This document shows positions 62,880 through 64,000 of a stretch of 64,000 nucleotides of DNA, one piece after another (positions within the stretch are counted from its first letter, which is position 1; each line of letters begins with the position of its first letter). The DNA comes from Dicyema japonicum. Its lineage: Eukaryota > Animalia > Dicyemida. The notes beneath the pieces were generated by a model. It was not told the DNA's origin, ran no database searches, and saw only the letters and a list, made by a program, of their open reading frames with translations. The DNA lies in assembly GCA_011109175.1 (NCBI GenBank), contig RDEW01000087.1, positions 69,211 to 133,210 of the forward strand, read 5' to 3'. Made by a program: the position numbers and the translations under genes.

Positions 62880-63460
62880 ACAGTCTGCAAGTTTGTAGTG
62901 GAATTGTTCTGGAAACTCCCTCCCAGTATAAGTTTCTATCAACGTTTTACCCGCCCTTGTCCGGAGGACCCCGAGGAATGTGGACTTTTCTGTTTCTACC
63001 CTTTACTAACAAGCAATCGCGCCAGCCGTTGAGTATGCCTCCGTTGCATAAAGATTTGCGCTATCGGAAACTATGGTCCACAGAGTCAACTCAAAACACC
63101 AGAAAACCATCAGTATGCTTTGCCCACATAATGGATCAACAGTCGATTCACTACTAATGGAAACTAAGATCCGTAGTCGTGGTTCCGGATTTCTTCGCGT
63201 CTGTGAGGAAAATGGATACCCGCTTCGCTTGATCCTTTCCATGGCAAGAGAAAACCGATTGGATAAGAAACTCCCCTCCCCGATCGGATTCCTCTGCAAG
63301 ACTGAGAGAAGACTCTTCCGGAAAGTAGTGGGGACAATGGAAGATCACAGACGTCGAATGGCTCAATTGATTGCGAGGACTGGGATCACCTAACTGTTTG
63401 ACTCTTTCGTCTTTCATTCTCGGTGTTACCGGGGTTATTAAAATAAAAATAAATAAAATG
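62880..63460 (+). mobile_element. I/Jockey-like LINE 3' end
   Basis: YQRFTRP...EYA motif region; ends CCGGGGTTATTAAAATAAAAATAAATAAAA. Confidence 0.65.
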
Positions 63461-63589
63461 ACTGTGAAAGGGCCTGTCTGCGATAGTAGTATTTTCCCTT
63501 TTGTATCTGATGGTTTGCTTGTTATCCATAAAGGCCGTTTGGCGTTGATATTCCCGTCAATGATTATATTTTTTTTACTATCAAAAATT

Positions 63590-63790
63590 TATTAACAATA
63601 AAATATTATTTATTAACTATGGGGAGAGCGGCTGCTGACATCACGGAGTAAGCGTTTCCGCGAACAACTGCGATACCAATTCTTTGCCTCAGTCAGACCG
63701 CTTCCCGCACGTCTTTCTTGCGGTGAGCCAATTTTCCCCCAATTTCCTTTAGGAAAGAGGCTGTAATACTTCCAGCCGCAAATGATTATA
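63590..63790 (-). mobile_element. CRE-like retrotransposon 3' end
   Basis: TASFLKEIG...DVREAV*LRQRIGIAVVRGNAYSVMSAAA matches the CRE REL C-terminal QRxxxAxxRGNA motif. Confidence 0.75.
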
Positions 63791-64000
63791 TTGTTCAAGG
63801 AAGCCAAATTGGATAAATTGGGCATAACGTAGTGCTTCGGGCAAGAACTAGTTGGAAGCACATAGATGTTCACAAATGTAATTTTCTATTTTTTCAAATG
63901 ATATTCCATGATTTCAGTAACCCAATTCATAGGGAGAAGGCATAATGAACAAGCACTATTTGCGAGGGCTTCCAAGATCGACGTCTCGGTAGTCAATGAG

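Noticed and set aside
63615-63712. GC-rich ~95-nt repeat (also at 41540-41626) that folds into stems with a GAAA tetraloop and looked like an snRNA, SL RNA or SRP-type ncRNA
   Set aside because: The minus strand translates to LRQRIGIAVVRGNAYSV, the C-terminus of CRE-type retrotransposons, so these are LINE 3' ends.

Overview
AT-rich eukaryotic genomic DNA from a gapped scaffold (574-N gap at 50019-50592 plus several single-N joins). Most of it is decayed transposable elements. These include RTE-clade and I/Jockey-like LINE fragments, CRE-like and R4/Dong-like REL retroelements, hAT and Merlin DNA transposon derivatives, an intron-containing Ginger-like integrase transposon, and a tRNA-derived SINE. 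One conserved host gene is clear: a DOCK6/7/8-type (DOCK-C) Rho GEF on the minus strand (~52100-58459), split by many 20-26 nt GT-AG introns. About seven copies of an unrecognised type I membrane protein family (signal peptide, Cys-containing domain, Thr-rich repeat stalk, TM helix, basic tail) sit mostly in a segmentally duplicated cassette, and every copy appears damaged as assembled. Dense tiny introns plus a DOCK-C gene suggest a reduced parasitic animal such as a myxozoan or dicyemid, but this is inference only. All calls come from manual reading and motif recall without database searches. Boundaries of decayed fragments are approximate.
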